Below are positions 28,416 through 38,437 of a stretch of DNA of 64,000 nt, in pieces. The position numbers and the translations under genes were made by a program. This stretch comes from Promethearchaeota archaeon (GTDB taxonomy: Archaea > Asgardarchaeota > Lokiarchaeia > Sigyniarchaeales > SOKP01): assembly GCA_048939015.1 (NCBI GenBank), contig JBHLPW010000009.1, forward strand, positions 25,495-89,494. The letters run 5' to 3'. The notes below the pieces were generated by a model, which had not been told where the DNA came from, made no database searches, and worked only from the letters and a program-made list of their open reading frames with translations. Every line of letters starts with the position of its first letter. Position 1 is the stretch's first letter.

Positions 28416-31073
28416 TTATAATCCAGAGATAAAATTTTCTTCCCTACTTTCAGGTTTTACTACTAATTTAACCAATAGTGTTATAAATATTGTAGGGATT
28501 AATCCTACGAAGCAAATTGCAAATACTCCTGCCAGAAAAACATTAGAAATAGAAGTAGTGAGAAAGATTTGACCTGCAGAGTCTATCAGATAATGCAAAG
28601 TTATGCTAGGAAGAAGACTTTTCGTTTTGATGTACATATATCCAAAAGACAAACCCAATAATGAGGCATATGTTACTTGAAATGAAACGGATAACAAAGC
28701 ACTAACAGGATCGACTCCTAAAATAAAATAAGTAATGAGATTAAAACTATGGGCAAATCCAAACATTACACTACTGAGTATAAGAGTTATTCCCATATGA
28801 TATTTTTTAGATAACATAGGAATTGCTACTCCACGGAAAGCAGTTTCTTCCCAGATCCCAGGAATGAGCATGTATATAAATAAAAACCAACCTAATCCTG
28901 CTAGTCCAAATCCGCTAGGGTTAGGATTGCCAAATAATACTGAAGGATCAAAAACATAATTCCCAAGACTAATGGCGCCAATTAATACTACTATTCCAAA
29001 TATTACAAATGAGCCAAATCCAAGAAGTAAATTTCTTAATATAGGTTGTTTTGTGCTTAAGTGAATTTTTCTTGTATAATCTTTAAAAGAATCACTTATT
29101 TCAGGAAGCTTCATACCTTTAGGGATTACAAAAAACAATAGAAGAGTTAAAAAACCGAATACTAAGAAGAATTCAATAAATAAAAATATGGGATAATTAT
29201 TAATTGTTAGATTACTTAGGAGTGGAAGCAAGGTTAAAGACTCAGCAAACCCGGCTAACTGCAGAAAAGCAAAATATAAAATTGTTAAAACTACAACTCC
29301 TATAATTGGGTTATTTCTTAAAAAACCCATAGTTTCGTAGGTAGACAGTTTTTCTTCTTTTGGAAACATTCTGGTAAAAATAAATAACATTAATGCTAAT
29401 CCAAGAAGGCCGATTGCACCCAAAAATATAAGCGCAATAGTAATACCAAAAATAGATATTAAAACAGTGCCTATTATCAAAATTATCATGTAGAGTCCAA
29501 ATTCAGATAAGAGCATTATGATCCACTTTATTATTTTATGTTCCTTATGCAATTCTTCAAGAATATATTTGTATTTCATCTTTCCGAAGAATTTAATTTT
29601 CAATATAAACATAAACAAAAGTAATGTCCACGCTATAGGTAAGGTAATCAAAAGTAATAGAACAACGAAAAAGGTTTCTAATATTATAGTAAGGACTATT
29701 GAAGTTAGAATAAGTGATACTCCTTGAATAGAAAACATTAAAAGAACTTTTGCTTTTGCTTGATCTCGAGGAACAAGGGGTAATGATGCTAATGTTGAGC
29801 TGCCTGATTCTTCTAAGTTCAAGAATCCAACTATCAGCATTATTGGTATAAACATATAAATCATGAGAATGATGGACCACATTATTAAAATTGCTTCTGT
29901 TGTCATAGAAAATTCATTAAATATTCCCATCATAGATAAAATCATTATCAATGGATAAAAAATTGGGAAGAATATAAACATAAATGATTGAATATCTCTC
30001 GTAGAAGAAACTAAATCTTTCCGTATATATGCCTTAATTGGTGAATTAGCAATAATTTCAAAATGAATCTCTTTTTTCTCTTTCTTTTCTGCTTTTATTG
30101 GAATTTCTGTCGAAATAGCACTTTGTAAAGCTCGTTGTGCAACCTTAAAAATTACCCATGTCAAAATTACACTCAGTACTAAACCAGTAATTGTAGTCAG
30201 TATCAAAATTGGATCTGCTTGAAATTGAATTGAACCTAATGATACAAAAAATGAAGGAGCCACAATAAAAGGAATTAAGCTCAAAATTATTAATAGACCA
30301 AATGAGGGTTCAGTAGATACAAAAGAATCGAAAAGGGTCTCAACAGCTTGCATCCCCCAACTAAATATAAAACTCGTACCAAACATAATGATAAAATACC
30401 CTAACATCGTGATAGTTCTAACTAAACCTGCCCTTTTTGATCCGACTTTTGTTTCTGAAAAAAGAAAACTCATCTTCTCTCCAATTAATATTAGAATGCT
30501 AAAACTGAAAATAGCATTAATAATATTTGCAACAAACGATATCAAAAATATAAGAATATTTTGTGTTATAATGAGCATAATTACTGGAAAACCAGCAACT
30601 AATAATATAACGGGAATATCTAAATTACGAAACAATGTCATAAAGCCAATTTTCTTTAGGTTCTTTTTTGAAAAGGGTAAAGTTTGTAACCACTTGAATG
30701 CATTCCCTGACATGAAAGAGCCTGTTGTTATCATCCCAAACATTAACATGTACATAAAGTTCATACCAAAATATATAATAAAGATAATAGAAGAGACAAG
30801 AACAATTGAATTTATAGAGTATATTCCTGAACGAATAAATCCTTGCATTTGATTATAAGTGATTAAAGGAAGTATAGGTAAAAATAAAAAAAGAAAACTA
30901 AAGACAATTTTTAGACCTAAAGCTTGATATATAATATACTTATTATTTTTTTTCAATTTTTCAATAAATTTTGCTTGATGAGCTCCTGCACTTGCTAATT
31001 GACCCTCCATTATTATCTCATGTGTAGGGTACTTTGCTAAAGAATAAAAAGATCTGCTTTTTTGTTCTCCCAT
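28416..31073 (-). CDS. ABC-2-type exporter permease fused to a C-terminal CPBP (CAAX/Abi) intramembrane metalloprotease
   Basis: About 570-aa polytopic region ('WLQTLPF', 'YIRKDL', 'LASLPL'), then IWEETAFRG, FGFAH, LHYLID; directly follows an ABC ATPase. Confidence 0.8.
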   Translation of the reverse strand: MGEQKSRSFYSLAKYPTHEIIMEGQLASAGAHQAKFIEKLKKNNKYIIYQALGLKIVFSFLFLFLPILPLITYNQMQGFIRSGIYSINSIVLVSSIIFIIYFGMNFMYMLMFGMITTGSFMSGNAFKWLQTLPFSKKNLKKIGFMTLFRNLDIPVILLVAGFPVIMLIITQNILIFLISFVANIINAIFSFSILILIGEKMSFLFSETKVGSKRAGLVRTITMLGYFIIMFGTSFIFSWGMQAVETLFDSFVSTEPSFGLLIILSLIPFIVAPSFFVSLGSIQFQADPILILTTITGLVLSVILTWVIFKVAQRALQSAISTEIPIKAEKKEKKEIHFEIIANSPIKAYIRKDLVSSTRDIQSFMFIFFPIFYPLIMILSMMGIFNEFSMTTEAILIMWSIILMIYMFIPIMLIVGFLNLEESGSSTLASLPLVPRDQAKAKVLLMFSIQGVSLILTSIVLTIILETFFVVLLLLITLPIAWTLLLFMFILKIKFFGKMKYKYILEELHKEHKIIKWIIMLLSEFGLYMIILIIGTVLISIFGITIALIFLGAIGLLGLALMLFIFTRMFPKEEKLSTYETMGFLRNNPIIGVVVLTILYFAFLQLAGFAESLTLLPLLSNLTINNYPIFLFIEFFLVFGFLTLLLFFVIPKGMKLPEISDSFKDYTRKIHLSTKQPILRNLLLGFGSFVIFGIVVLIGAISLGNYVFDPSVLFGNPNPSGFGLAGLGWFLFIYMLIPGIWEETAFRGVAIPMLSKKYHMGITLILSSVMFGFAHSFNLITYFILGVDPVSALLSVSFQVTYASLLGLSFGYMYIKTKSLLPSITLHYLIDSAGQIFLTTSISNVFLAGVFAICFVGLIPTIFITLLVKLVVKPESREENFISGL

Positions 31074-31087
31074 ATTTGTTAGCTCCC

Positions 31088-31888
31088 TTATCTCTTCATT
31101 TTGTAAGATGCTCGTAACTTGCTAACTATCTCATTAACTGAAGTATCTTGTTCAGTTAATCGTAGAAAGACATCCTCTAAACTTGCCCCAAATCTATCTG
31201 CTTGCTGACGTAATTCCTCTAAAGTTCCAATCCCGACCATTTTTCCTTTATGAATGATACCTATACGATCACATAATTCTTGAGCTATTTCCATAATATG
31301 AGTTGAAAATAGAACGGAACCCCCACTCTCTGTATGGAGATCCAATATAGATTTAAAGACTCTTACAGATTTAGCATCAAGACCTGCGATAGGCTCGTCT
31401 AAAATAAGTAAATCTGGTTCATGGAGTATTGCGGCAATAATTTGCAATTTTTGTTTATTACCATGGGATAAAGTAGCGATTAGCTGATCGTAATATTCTA
31501 TAGCTTCTAAACTTTCCATATACTCTTTTGCAAGCTCTGTAGTCTTCATTTCATCTAATTGACGTACAGACGCTATAAAATTAAATAAATCTTTTGGCGT
31601 TAAAGACTTGAATATTAAAGGTTCTTCACTTACGTAGCCAATTCGACGTTTAATTTCAACTTCATCATGTTCAGGATTCAAGCCAAAAACACTCATTTCT
31701 CCTTCATTTGGTTCAAGAAGTCCTAATAGAAGCTTTATAGTAGTAGTTTTTCCCGCACCATTAGGACCTAAAAGACCAAATACTTCACCTTGTCGAACAT
31801 TAAAAGAAATACCATTAACAGCTTTGACTTCACCAAAAAACTTCTTTAAGCCATTTACAACAATAATTTCATGATTTGACATTTTCAT
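31088..31888 (-). CDS. ABC transporter ATP-binding protein
   Basis: GPNGAGKTT, LSHGNKQK, LILDEP, STH. Confidence 0.95.
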   Translation of the reverse strand: MKMSNHEIIVVNGLKKFFGEVKAVNGISFNVRQGEVFGLLGPNGAGKTTTIKLLLGLLEPNEGEMSVFGLNPEHDEVEIKRRIGYVSEEPLIFKSLTPKDLFNFIASVRQLDEMKTTELAKEYMESLEAIEYYDQLIATLSHGNKQKLQIIAAILHEPDLLILDEPIAGLDAKSVRVFKSILDLHTESGGSVLFSTHIMEIAQELCDRIGIIHKGKMVGIGTLEELRQQADRFGASLEDVFLRLTEQDTSVNEIVSKLRASYKMKR

Positions 31889-32071
31889 TCATTAAAATTG
31901 ATATTTCAACATAAGTTTTTTCAAAAGAGTTATTATATATCTCTTTATATACTTCCATATAATATTATATTTAAATGTTATGGATAAAATGAAAACCAGT
32001 AAAAATAACTTGATTAAATGAAATAATAACAAAAGAAAAATATATATAGATATATTTTTTTCTTTTACTTT

Positions 32072-33040
32072 CTAAATATCAATAATTTTATCATTATCTT
32101 TTTGGTTAACAATTATTATAATTGAAACGATTATTAGTAATGTACCTATTAAATGAGCAATAGTGAAATTTTCTCCAAGAATAAGAGTGGCAAAAATTGC
32201 AGATGTTATTGGAGTTGGAGAAAAGATGGTAGTAGCTTTTGAGACGCTTAAATAAGATAATGTCAAATACCAACATACTAATCCTGCGCCATACACCGAT
32301 CCCATCATAAAGAAAAATAACAAATTAGATGGTTCAGAGAAAATTCTTAAATCTGGAGTAAAGAAAAGGAAATAAGTGGAGATTAAGATTACACATGACA
32401 GAATATTTCTAATAAAAACCATTTGAATAGGAGTAGCTTCATTTCTACTAAAAATTGGCTTAGTTAGAGTATGTCCAACCATCCACAAGAATGTTATCAG
32501 CAGTAAGATTCCTATGCCACTCAAAATAGTATTATTAAAATTGACAAGAGTAAAAAATTGAGTAATACTTATTGCTAATCCAAAAAAAAGTACAAATGAA
32601 AAAACAATTTGTAGTTTAGTAACTCTTTCTTTTAGAATAAGAAACCCTAAAATTATTCCAAAAAATACCGTTGTTTTTTGAGTTAAAGATCCATTTATAG
32701 CTCCTGAAAGAGAATATCCTACAAAAAATAAAACTTGATTAAGCGCAAATAGTAATCCAATAAACAATAATAACCAAATATTTTTCTTCCAACTACTTAG
32801 AAAATTAGATTGACTATTTTGATTTTCTTTATTAATTAATATCCTTTTATTTGAGCTTTTGAATTTTAATTCAAATAACATTATTGGAAAAAAAACCATA
32901 GTTTCAACCAAACATGTCATCGCTCCTGAGAGATATGCATCAACAGCAGTAGGTCTTAAAAGAGCAACTATTGGTTGTAGTCCTACAAAAACTATTCCTA
33001 TAAAACCAGTTATTAGACCTTTCTTAATGTTATTATCCAA
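32072..33040 (-). CDS. DMT/EamA-family transporter
   Basis: Ten TM segments in two repeats ending 'LGFLILKERVT' and 'ATLILGENFT'. Confidence 0.85.
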   Translation of the reverse strand: MDNNIKKGLITGFIGIVFVGLQPIVALLRPTAVDAYLSGAMTCLVETMVFFPIMLFELKFKSSNKRILINKENQNSQSNFLSSWKKNIWLLLFIGLLFALNQVLFFVGYSLSGAINGSLTQKTTVFFGIILGFLILKERVTKLQIVFSFVLFFGLAISITQFFTLVNFNNTILSGIGILLLITFLWMVGHTLTKPIFSRNEATPIQMVFIRNILSCVILISTYFLFFTPDLRIFSEPSNLLFFFMMGSVYGAGLVCWYLTLSYLSVSKATTIFSPTPITSAIFATLILGENFTIAHLIGTLLIIVSIIIIVNQKDNDKIIDI

Positions 33041-33228
33041 ACTAAATAGGAATAAGTTTTAGCAATTTTAAAGGTTTATTTTCATAGACATTAGAGATTT
33101 ATTCTGATTCTTATCTAATTATTACGAATGTTGACAAAACAATAACAATCGCTTTTTAATTAAGTAAAATTTAATTGATTAGAAAAATTTTGAAAATAAC
33201 TTATCAAGAGAAATGGAAGTGAACAATA

Positions 33229-34041
33229 ATTTCTAACAACAATGCCATTATATCTCATAATCTCACTAAGAAATTTGGAAAAATTGTAGCTGTAAATAAT
33301 CTAAATTTGAAAATTTCATATGGTAAAACTTATGGACTCTTAGGTCCTAACGGTGCTGGCAAAACTACCACTGTTCGAATGTTAAATGCTATAATTTCTC
33401 CCACAAGTGGTACTGCAGAAGTTGTAGGGTATGATATTATAACTCAGAGTAAAGATGTCAAATTAAATTGTGGTTTTTTGCCTGAATCCCCTGGACTCTA
33501 TCAAAAGTTGACAGCTAAAGAATTCTTGGAATTTGTTGGTGAGTTATATTATCTCCCAAAAAATATTATTTCTACACGTATTGAAGAATTATTAGATATT
33601 TTTGACTTGGAAGGGCGTGAGAATGATCTTTTAGAAGGATATTCGAGAGGTATGAAGCAAAAAGTTTGTTTATGCGCCGCCTTAATACAAGATCCTAAGA
33701 TTATTTTCTTGGATGAACCAACATCTAATCTAGATCCTGCAGCTGCAAGAATGGTAAAAGATTTAATCTCTGATCTTGCTAGGAAAGCGGATAAAACTAT
33801 CTTTATTTGTACTCATCTCCTTGATGCTGCTGAAGAATTATGTGATTTAATTGGGATCATCGATAAAGGGGAATTAAAAGTTGAGGGAAGCCCAAAAGAA
33901 ATTATTGAATCCGTTGGTGCAAAAGATTTAGAAGAAGCATATCTAAAAATTATGGGCGTTTCTAAAATTGAAGATCTACTAGCCTGGAGAGAAGAGACTC
34001 CTACTAGCTCTGTAAAAGACAAAAAAAGGAAAAAGAAATAA
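33229..34041 (+). CDS. ABC transporter ATP-binding protein (probable ATT start upstream of the called TTG 33307)
   Basis: GPNGAGKTT, YSRGMKQK, IFLDEP. Conserved N-terminal 'IISHNLTKKFGKIVAVNNLNL' lies in frame upstream of 33307. Confidence 0.9.
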   Translation: MSNNNAIISHNLTKKFGKIVAVNNLNLKISYGKTYGLLGPNGAGKTTTVRMLNAIISPTSGTAEVVGYDIITQSKDVKLNCGFLPESPGLYQKLTAKEFLEFVGELYYLPKNIISTRIEELLDIFDLEGRENDLLEGYSRGMKQKVCLCAALIQDPKIIFLDEPTSNLDPAAARMVKDLISDLARKADKTIFICTHLLDAAEELCDLIGIIDKGELKVEGSPKEIIESVGAKDLEEAYLKIMGVSKIEDLLAWREETPTSSVKDKKRKKK

Positions 34042-34057
34042 TAAAGACTGGACAAAA

Positions 34058-35653
34058 ATGGCGCTTTGGAAAATAATTGCAAAGAATGAAATAAAACTTA
34101 GAACTAATAAATTCCGAAACCACCGGTTTTTATTTTTTGTTCTTTTGTATTTATTTTTTATTATTTGGGCGTTTATTTTAGCTCCGATGCTTTTTAACTT
34201 TTTTATGCCAACATTAGCAGAAGCGATTCCAGAAATAAATTTAGCAGTCGCCTTAGTAATTGAATATGTGTTAATGGCTTTCTTTTTATCTATTTTTATT
34301 TATCCCTTAAACAGTATATATAGGAAAATTGAAATTGGTTTTAAAGAAATAATATTGGCATCACCAGCTACTCCAGGTGATATTTTCTTAGGAGAACTCG
34401 TTGGAAAATTGCCAATTTTTTTAGGCGGAGTTTTACTTTTCGCTCCAATAATAACCGGAATGCTCAATCCTATTATTAATTTAAATCTAATTCAATATAT
34501 TATTATTTATACTTGTATTTTTGGATTAGTATTATTTGCAACTTTACTTGGTTCCATAATTGCGGCATGGTTAGAGCACAAAATAGCTAAAAGTGATCGA
34601 GCAAAGGATTTAGGAAAAATTCTATTATTTTTCTTATCTATTGCGATGGTAGCAATAATATATACTTTGCAATTCCTATTTGAATTTCTTATATCAAATC
34701 CACAATTAAGGAATTGGGTATTGTTTTATCCTTCTTTATGGTTTTCTAATATTATTTTGTTTTCTATTGAACCAAGTTTGATAAGTAGCTATATATTAAA
34801 CATATGGGCAAATATAGCATTAGTAATAATAATACCTCTGATTATATTTATAATTGCTTATAAAAAAGCTAATAAATTCTTTACTGTCGAAGGTGGCATA
34901 GAGAAAATATCTTCAACAATAGAAAGAGAAAATAAATTTTATATTTTGACAAGGAAATTAACAGGTCATAAATGGGAAGGGTTAATAATAACTCAATTAA
35001 AAGAATTTTTGAGAAGAAGGGAAAGTATAATGAAGTTTGCCTATTTATTAGGACTAGTGGGTGTATTAGGTGTTCTTTTCTCATCATTTGGTTTGGACTA
35101 TTTGATTGGTCAATCAATAGTAATCACAATGATAATAATTATTGGAGGAATAATGTATAGTCTTCTATTTGGAAGCTATATTTTTGTTGGTAGCAAAGAT
35201 TTAATTTGGGTATATAAAAGAAGCCCTCGATCTATTCGAGGTTTAGTTTTTTCATATCTTCTCGCCATGTTAATTTTTAACATACTTATGGCATTAGGAC
35301 TTACAATTTTCTTTTCATTCATACTTAAATTCGATTTTTTCAATATCATATTTTTCTTTAGTTTTTATTTAATAAATAGTGAAGTGGCAATTTCTCAAGC
35401 TGTTGGAATCCAATGTTTAAGCCCCGCTTTTGAAGAAAAAGGTAGTGAAATGACATCAAATAACCTTTTTTTAATGATTCTTCAACTAATACCTTTTCAG
35501 TTTATTTTGTTATTCATTATAGTAGCATTTCCAGCACCAACTTCTCCTATTTTAGCAAGATTCCATTATCTTATGCCATTGTTATTGATTTCTATATTAA
35601 GTGCAATTCCATTATTATTTCTAGGATTAAGAAAATTAAATAGAATTGAATAA
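34058..35653 (+). CDS. ABC-2-type exporter permease
   Basis: Polytopic protein directly after an ABC ATPase; 'ILASP', 'VYKRSP' internal-repeat motifs. Confidence 0.75.
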   Translation: MALWKIIAKNEIKLRTNKFRNHRFLFFVLLYLFFIIWAFILAPMLFNFFMPTLAEAIPEINLAVALVIEYVLMAFFLSIFIYPLNSIYRKIEIGFKEIILASPATPGDIFLGELVGKLPIFLGGVLLFAPIITGMLNPIINLNLIQYIIIYTCIFGLVLFATLLGSIIAAWLEHKIAKSDRAKDLGKILLFFLSIAMVAIIYTLQFLFEFLISNPQLRNWVLFYPSLWFSNIILFSIEPSLISSYILNIWANIALVIIIPLIIFIIAYKKANKFFTVEGGIEKISSTIERENKFYILTRKLTGHKWEGLIITQLKEFLRRRESIMKFAYLLGLVGVLGVLFSSFGLDYLIGQSIVITMIIIIGGIMYSLLFGSYIFVGSKDLIWVYKRSPRSIRGLVFSYLLAMLIFNILMALGLTIFFSFILKFDFFNIIFFFSFYLINSEVAISQAVGIQCLSPAFEEKGSEMTSNNLFLMILQLIPFQFILLFIIVAFPAPTSPILARFHYLMPLLLISILSAIPLLFLGLRKLNRIE

Positions 35654-35709
35654 GATATTTGAAAAATATGTAAACGAAGTGACACAAAATCTTGTCTCTT
35701 TTTAAAAAT

Positions 35710-37194
35710 TTATACTTTAGGGATAAAAATAATAAACTTACTCCCCTCTTCATAATTCCCTTCTACCTTATCTTCAACCCAAATTCTTCCATTATAGGCT
35801 TCTATTATTTTCTTTGATAAAGATAATCCCAAACCGAGACCTGTAATTTGTTTATCCATATTTTCAGTTCTTTGGAATACTATTTCTTTTCGATCATCCT
35901 CAATACCAATCCCATTATCTATAAATTGAATTTTAATATAGGATTTATTATCTTCCGTTTCAATTGTAATTATAACGTTGATTACTACTTCAGGATTGTC
36001 ATTAAATACGATAGCATTGATAAATATGTTTTGAAATACTTCAATAAGAAAATCATTTGCATTGACATAAACACTGCTTTCCTGAGAATCAATTTTAATA
36101 TTAATTTTTTTGTGCTGAAAAAAATCTAATAAATTTGTTATTGAAATTTTTAAAAGCTTAATAACCTCAATGGGTGTGAAATTTTCACTTTCTATTTCTA
36201 TTTGGGAAAAGGTACTAATATTTTTAATTAATCTTACTCCTCTTCTAATCTCATTTAAAATAATCTTTAAAATTCTATATATCCCCATTTCATCTTTAGA
36301 TTTAAGATAGATTTCAATTAATTCTGTACCTGATTGAATTCCTTGAAGTATATTATTCATATCATGTGAGAATAAATCTCTTAAAAAATTTGCCTGATTA
36401 TATGCATTCTTATAACTTTGTTCCGATTTCTTTAATGTAACTTCAGCATTAATCCGTTCTGTAATATCCTCATAAGTTCCGAGAACACCTATAACATTTC
36501 CATTTGAATCATGTAAAGGAATTTTATTTGAGTCTAACCAAGCTTCTTTTCCATCAGCTTGTAATTGAGATTCAATTATATGATATTCAGGTTTGTCTGA
36601 TTCCATGACAAACCGATCAATTTCAAAAAAAGATTCTGCTTCTTCCTTTTTCCAAACTAGATCTTGGTCATATTTACCGACAATTTTCTCCGCTGTACCT
36701 ACCCCTGCTACTCTAGCGAAATTCTCGTTACAACCTAAAAACTTAGAATCTTTATCCTTCCAAAAAATGAATTGAGGGATATTATCTAATACCAATTGGA
36801 ACATTTGTTTAGATCTGTTTAAATCTTCTAATATATTTTTAGTTTCTGTAATGTTTTTTATAATAGTTAAATAATATTGAGGTTTTCTGTCATTATCCTT
36901 AATTAAAATAGAAGTTATTTCTCCAAAGTAATAGGAATTCTTATTTAATATGAGTTTTAATTCGAAACCCTTTACTTTCTCATTTTTCATCAATTCTCGC
37001 GATTTTTCTATAGCAATTTCTATGCTATCAGGATGAATAAAGTCTAATATATTTTTTCCAATGAATTTGCCTTTATCCTTTGAACCATAAAATTCTAAAG
37101 CACTCTGGGAAAGATCAGTGACATTGCCATTCAAGTCTGTTAAAATAACTATATCTGGAAAGTCTTTCAATAAATAGTTTATAATATTACTCAT
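35710..37194 (-). CDS. PAS-PAS sensor histidine kinase
   Basis: Two PAS/PAC domains; H-box FSHDMNN, N-box NIFINA, DNGIGI, GLGLGL. Confidence 0.92.
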   Translation of the reverse strand: MSNIINYLLKDFPDIVILTDLNGNVTDLSQSALEFYGSKDKGKFIGKNILDFIHPDSIEIAIEKSRELMKNEKVKGFELKLILNKNSYYFGEITSILIKDNDRKPQYYLTIIKNITETKNILEDLNRSKQMFQLVLDNIPQFIFWKDKDSKFLGCNENFARVAGVGTAEKIVGKYDQDLVWKKEEAESFFEIDRFVMESDKPEYHIIESQLQADGKEAWLDSNKIPLHDSNGNVIGVLGTYEDITERINAEVTLKKSEQSYKNAYNQANFLRDLFSHDMNNILQGIQSGTELIEIYLKSKDEMGIYRILKIILNEIRRGVRLIKNISTFSQIEIESENFTPIEVIKLLKISITNLLDFFQHKKINIKIDSQESSVYVNANDFLIEVFQNIFINAIVFNDNPEVVINVIITIETEDNKSYIKIQFIDNGIGIEDDRKEIVFQRTENMDKQITGLGLGLSLSKKIIEAYNGRIWVEDKVEGNYEEGSKFIIFIPKV

Positions 37195-37260
37195 AAAAAT
37201 AACCTCATTTGTTAGAATAAAAAAGACTATTTTATTAATAGATTCTGAACTTTTAAATCA

Positions 37261-38031
37261 TTAATGTTCGTCTAAATCTTTCCTTAACAAAGTTTTCAAT
37301 TCTTCTTCTGAAAGATGTACATCCTTTATAGGAGTATAATTTCTATTAAAGTATTTTTTTAGGGCATTAGGCATTAACCAAGCTAAAGAAAATCCTATTG
37401 AAAAACAAACTACTATAATTGCTGTTAATCCGAAAACAATTAGACTTATAGGATGATTTGGATCACCCCAAAATACACCTCTTGGCTGAAAGAACTCTAG
37501 GATGTTATTTAGACTCAAAATAAATGAAAAAATAAAAATCATTTTGTATCGTAATTTTATCCAAGGTTGGATATTCTCAATTTTAATTCTTAAATATACC
37601 CGATATGATGAAAAGGCTAGCCAATTAAAAACAAGTAAAGTATATGGAACATCTAAACTGACACGAATATAATATAGGGATCTTTCATTAATTATAAAAA
37701 AAATAATTTGAATCATTCCTAAAATGATAACAATTATTAATACCAATTTGGCTTTTGATTCTGTATCCTTATAGAAAGTCCTATTCGTAAATATAACCGT
37801 TAATACATAACCAGTAAAAATGCAAACTTCAAGAAATAAGGAACCCAGACTAAATATAAAATTTCCAATAAATCCTAATGAAATAGAAAGAAAACCAAAA
37901 CCCACAATTAGAAAATTGTTATTTTTACTCTTAATACTTCGAATCAAAAAATGGATCGAAATTAACAAGGTTGTACCTATAAAAGCAAGAAAAAAGGAAA
38001 TGAAAGTTAAATACAGAATATTTATTGAAAT
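37261..38031 (-). CDS. About 7-TM membrane protein (probable ATT start at 38031 rather than TTG 37968)
   Basis: Multiple TM helices. An in-frame 21-codon hydrophobic extension completes TM1; GGAGG at 38045-38041. Confidence 0.65.
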   Translation of the reverse strand: MSINILYLTFISFFLAFIGTTLLISIHFLIRSIKSKNNNFLIVGFGFLSISLGFIGNFIFSLGSLFLEVCIFTGYVLTVIFTNRTFYKDTESKAKLVLIIVIILGMIQIIFFIINERSLYYIRVSLDVPYTLLVFNWLAFSSYRVYLRIKIENIQPWIKLRYKMIFIFSFILSLNNILEFFQPRGVFWGDPNHPISLIVFGLTAIIVVCFSIGFSLAWLMPNALKKYFNRNYTPIKDVHLSEEELKTLLRKDLDEH

Positions 38032-38033
38032 AT

Positions 38034-38309
38034 TTATACTCCTCCAATAGTAATTAATGATTGTATACTTCTTAACTCTGTTATTAAGTATTCTATTATC
38101 TCGTATGACGTATTAATGCTTAACTTATCCAATCTCAGTCTTAATGCCTTTTCAATCGCATTTTTAAAATCATCATAATCTAACTGATTAAGTGGTTTAA
38201 ACGGACCCACTTCATCCTTTATAGATAATTTTAATAAACCTCTTGCAGCAGGCGGGGAAATATGTATTTTTTGAGATAGTTTTTCAGCTAAAAGATAGAC
38301 AATTTCCAT
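38034..38309 (-). CDS. Small hypothetical protein
   Basis: 91 aa; closely abuts the downstream membrane gene. Confidence 0.65.
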   Translation of the reverse strand: MEIVYLLAEKLSQKIHISPPAARGLLKLSIKDEVGPFKPLNQLDYDDFKNAIEKALRLRLDKLSINTSYEIIEYLITELRSIQSLITIGGV

Positions 38310-38437
38310 TAATAACGTTAAGAAACTAAATTAAGAATTTTTTTCTTTAAAATATTCAATCTATTTTAGGTTTATAAACTTATTTTTTACAAAAAATGAT
38401 TAGATCTAATTATTTTGGAGAAAATAACTTAAAAAAT

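Noticed and set aside
33220-33222. TGA upstream of the ABC ATPase as a Sec codon
   Set aside because: It lies outside the conserved domain, is not at a Cys position and forms part of the SD-like GGAAGTGA.
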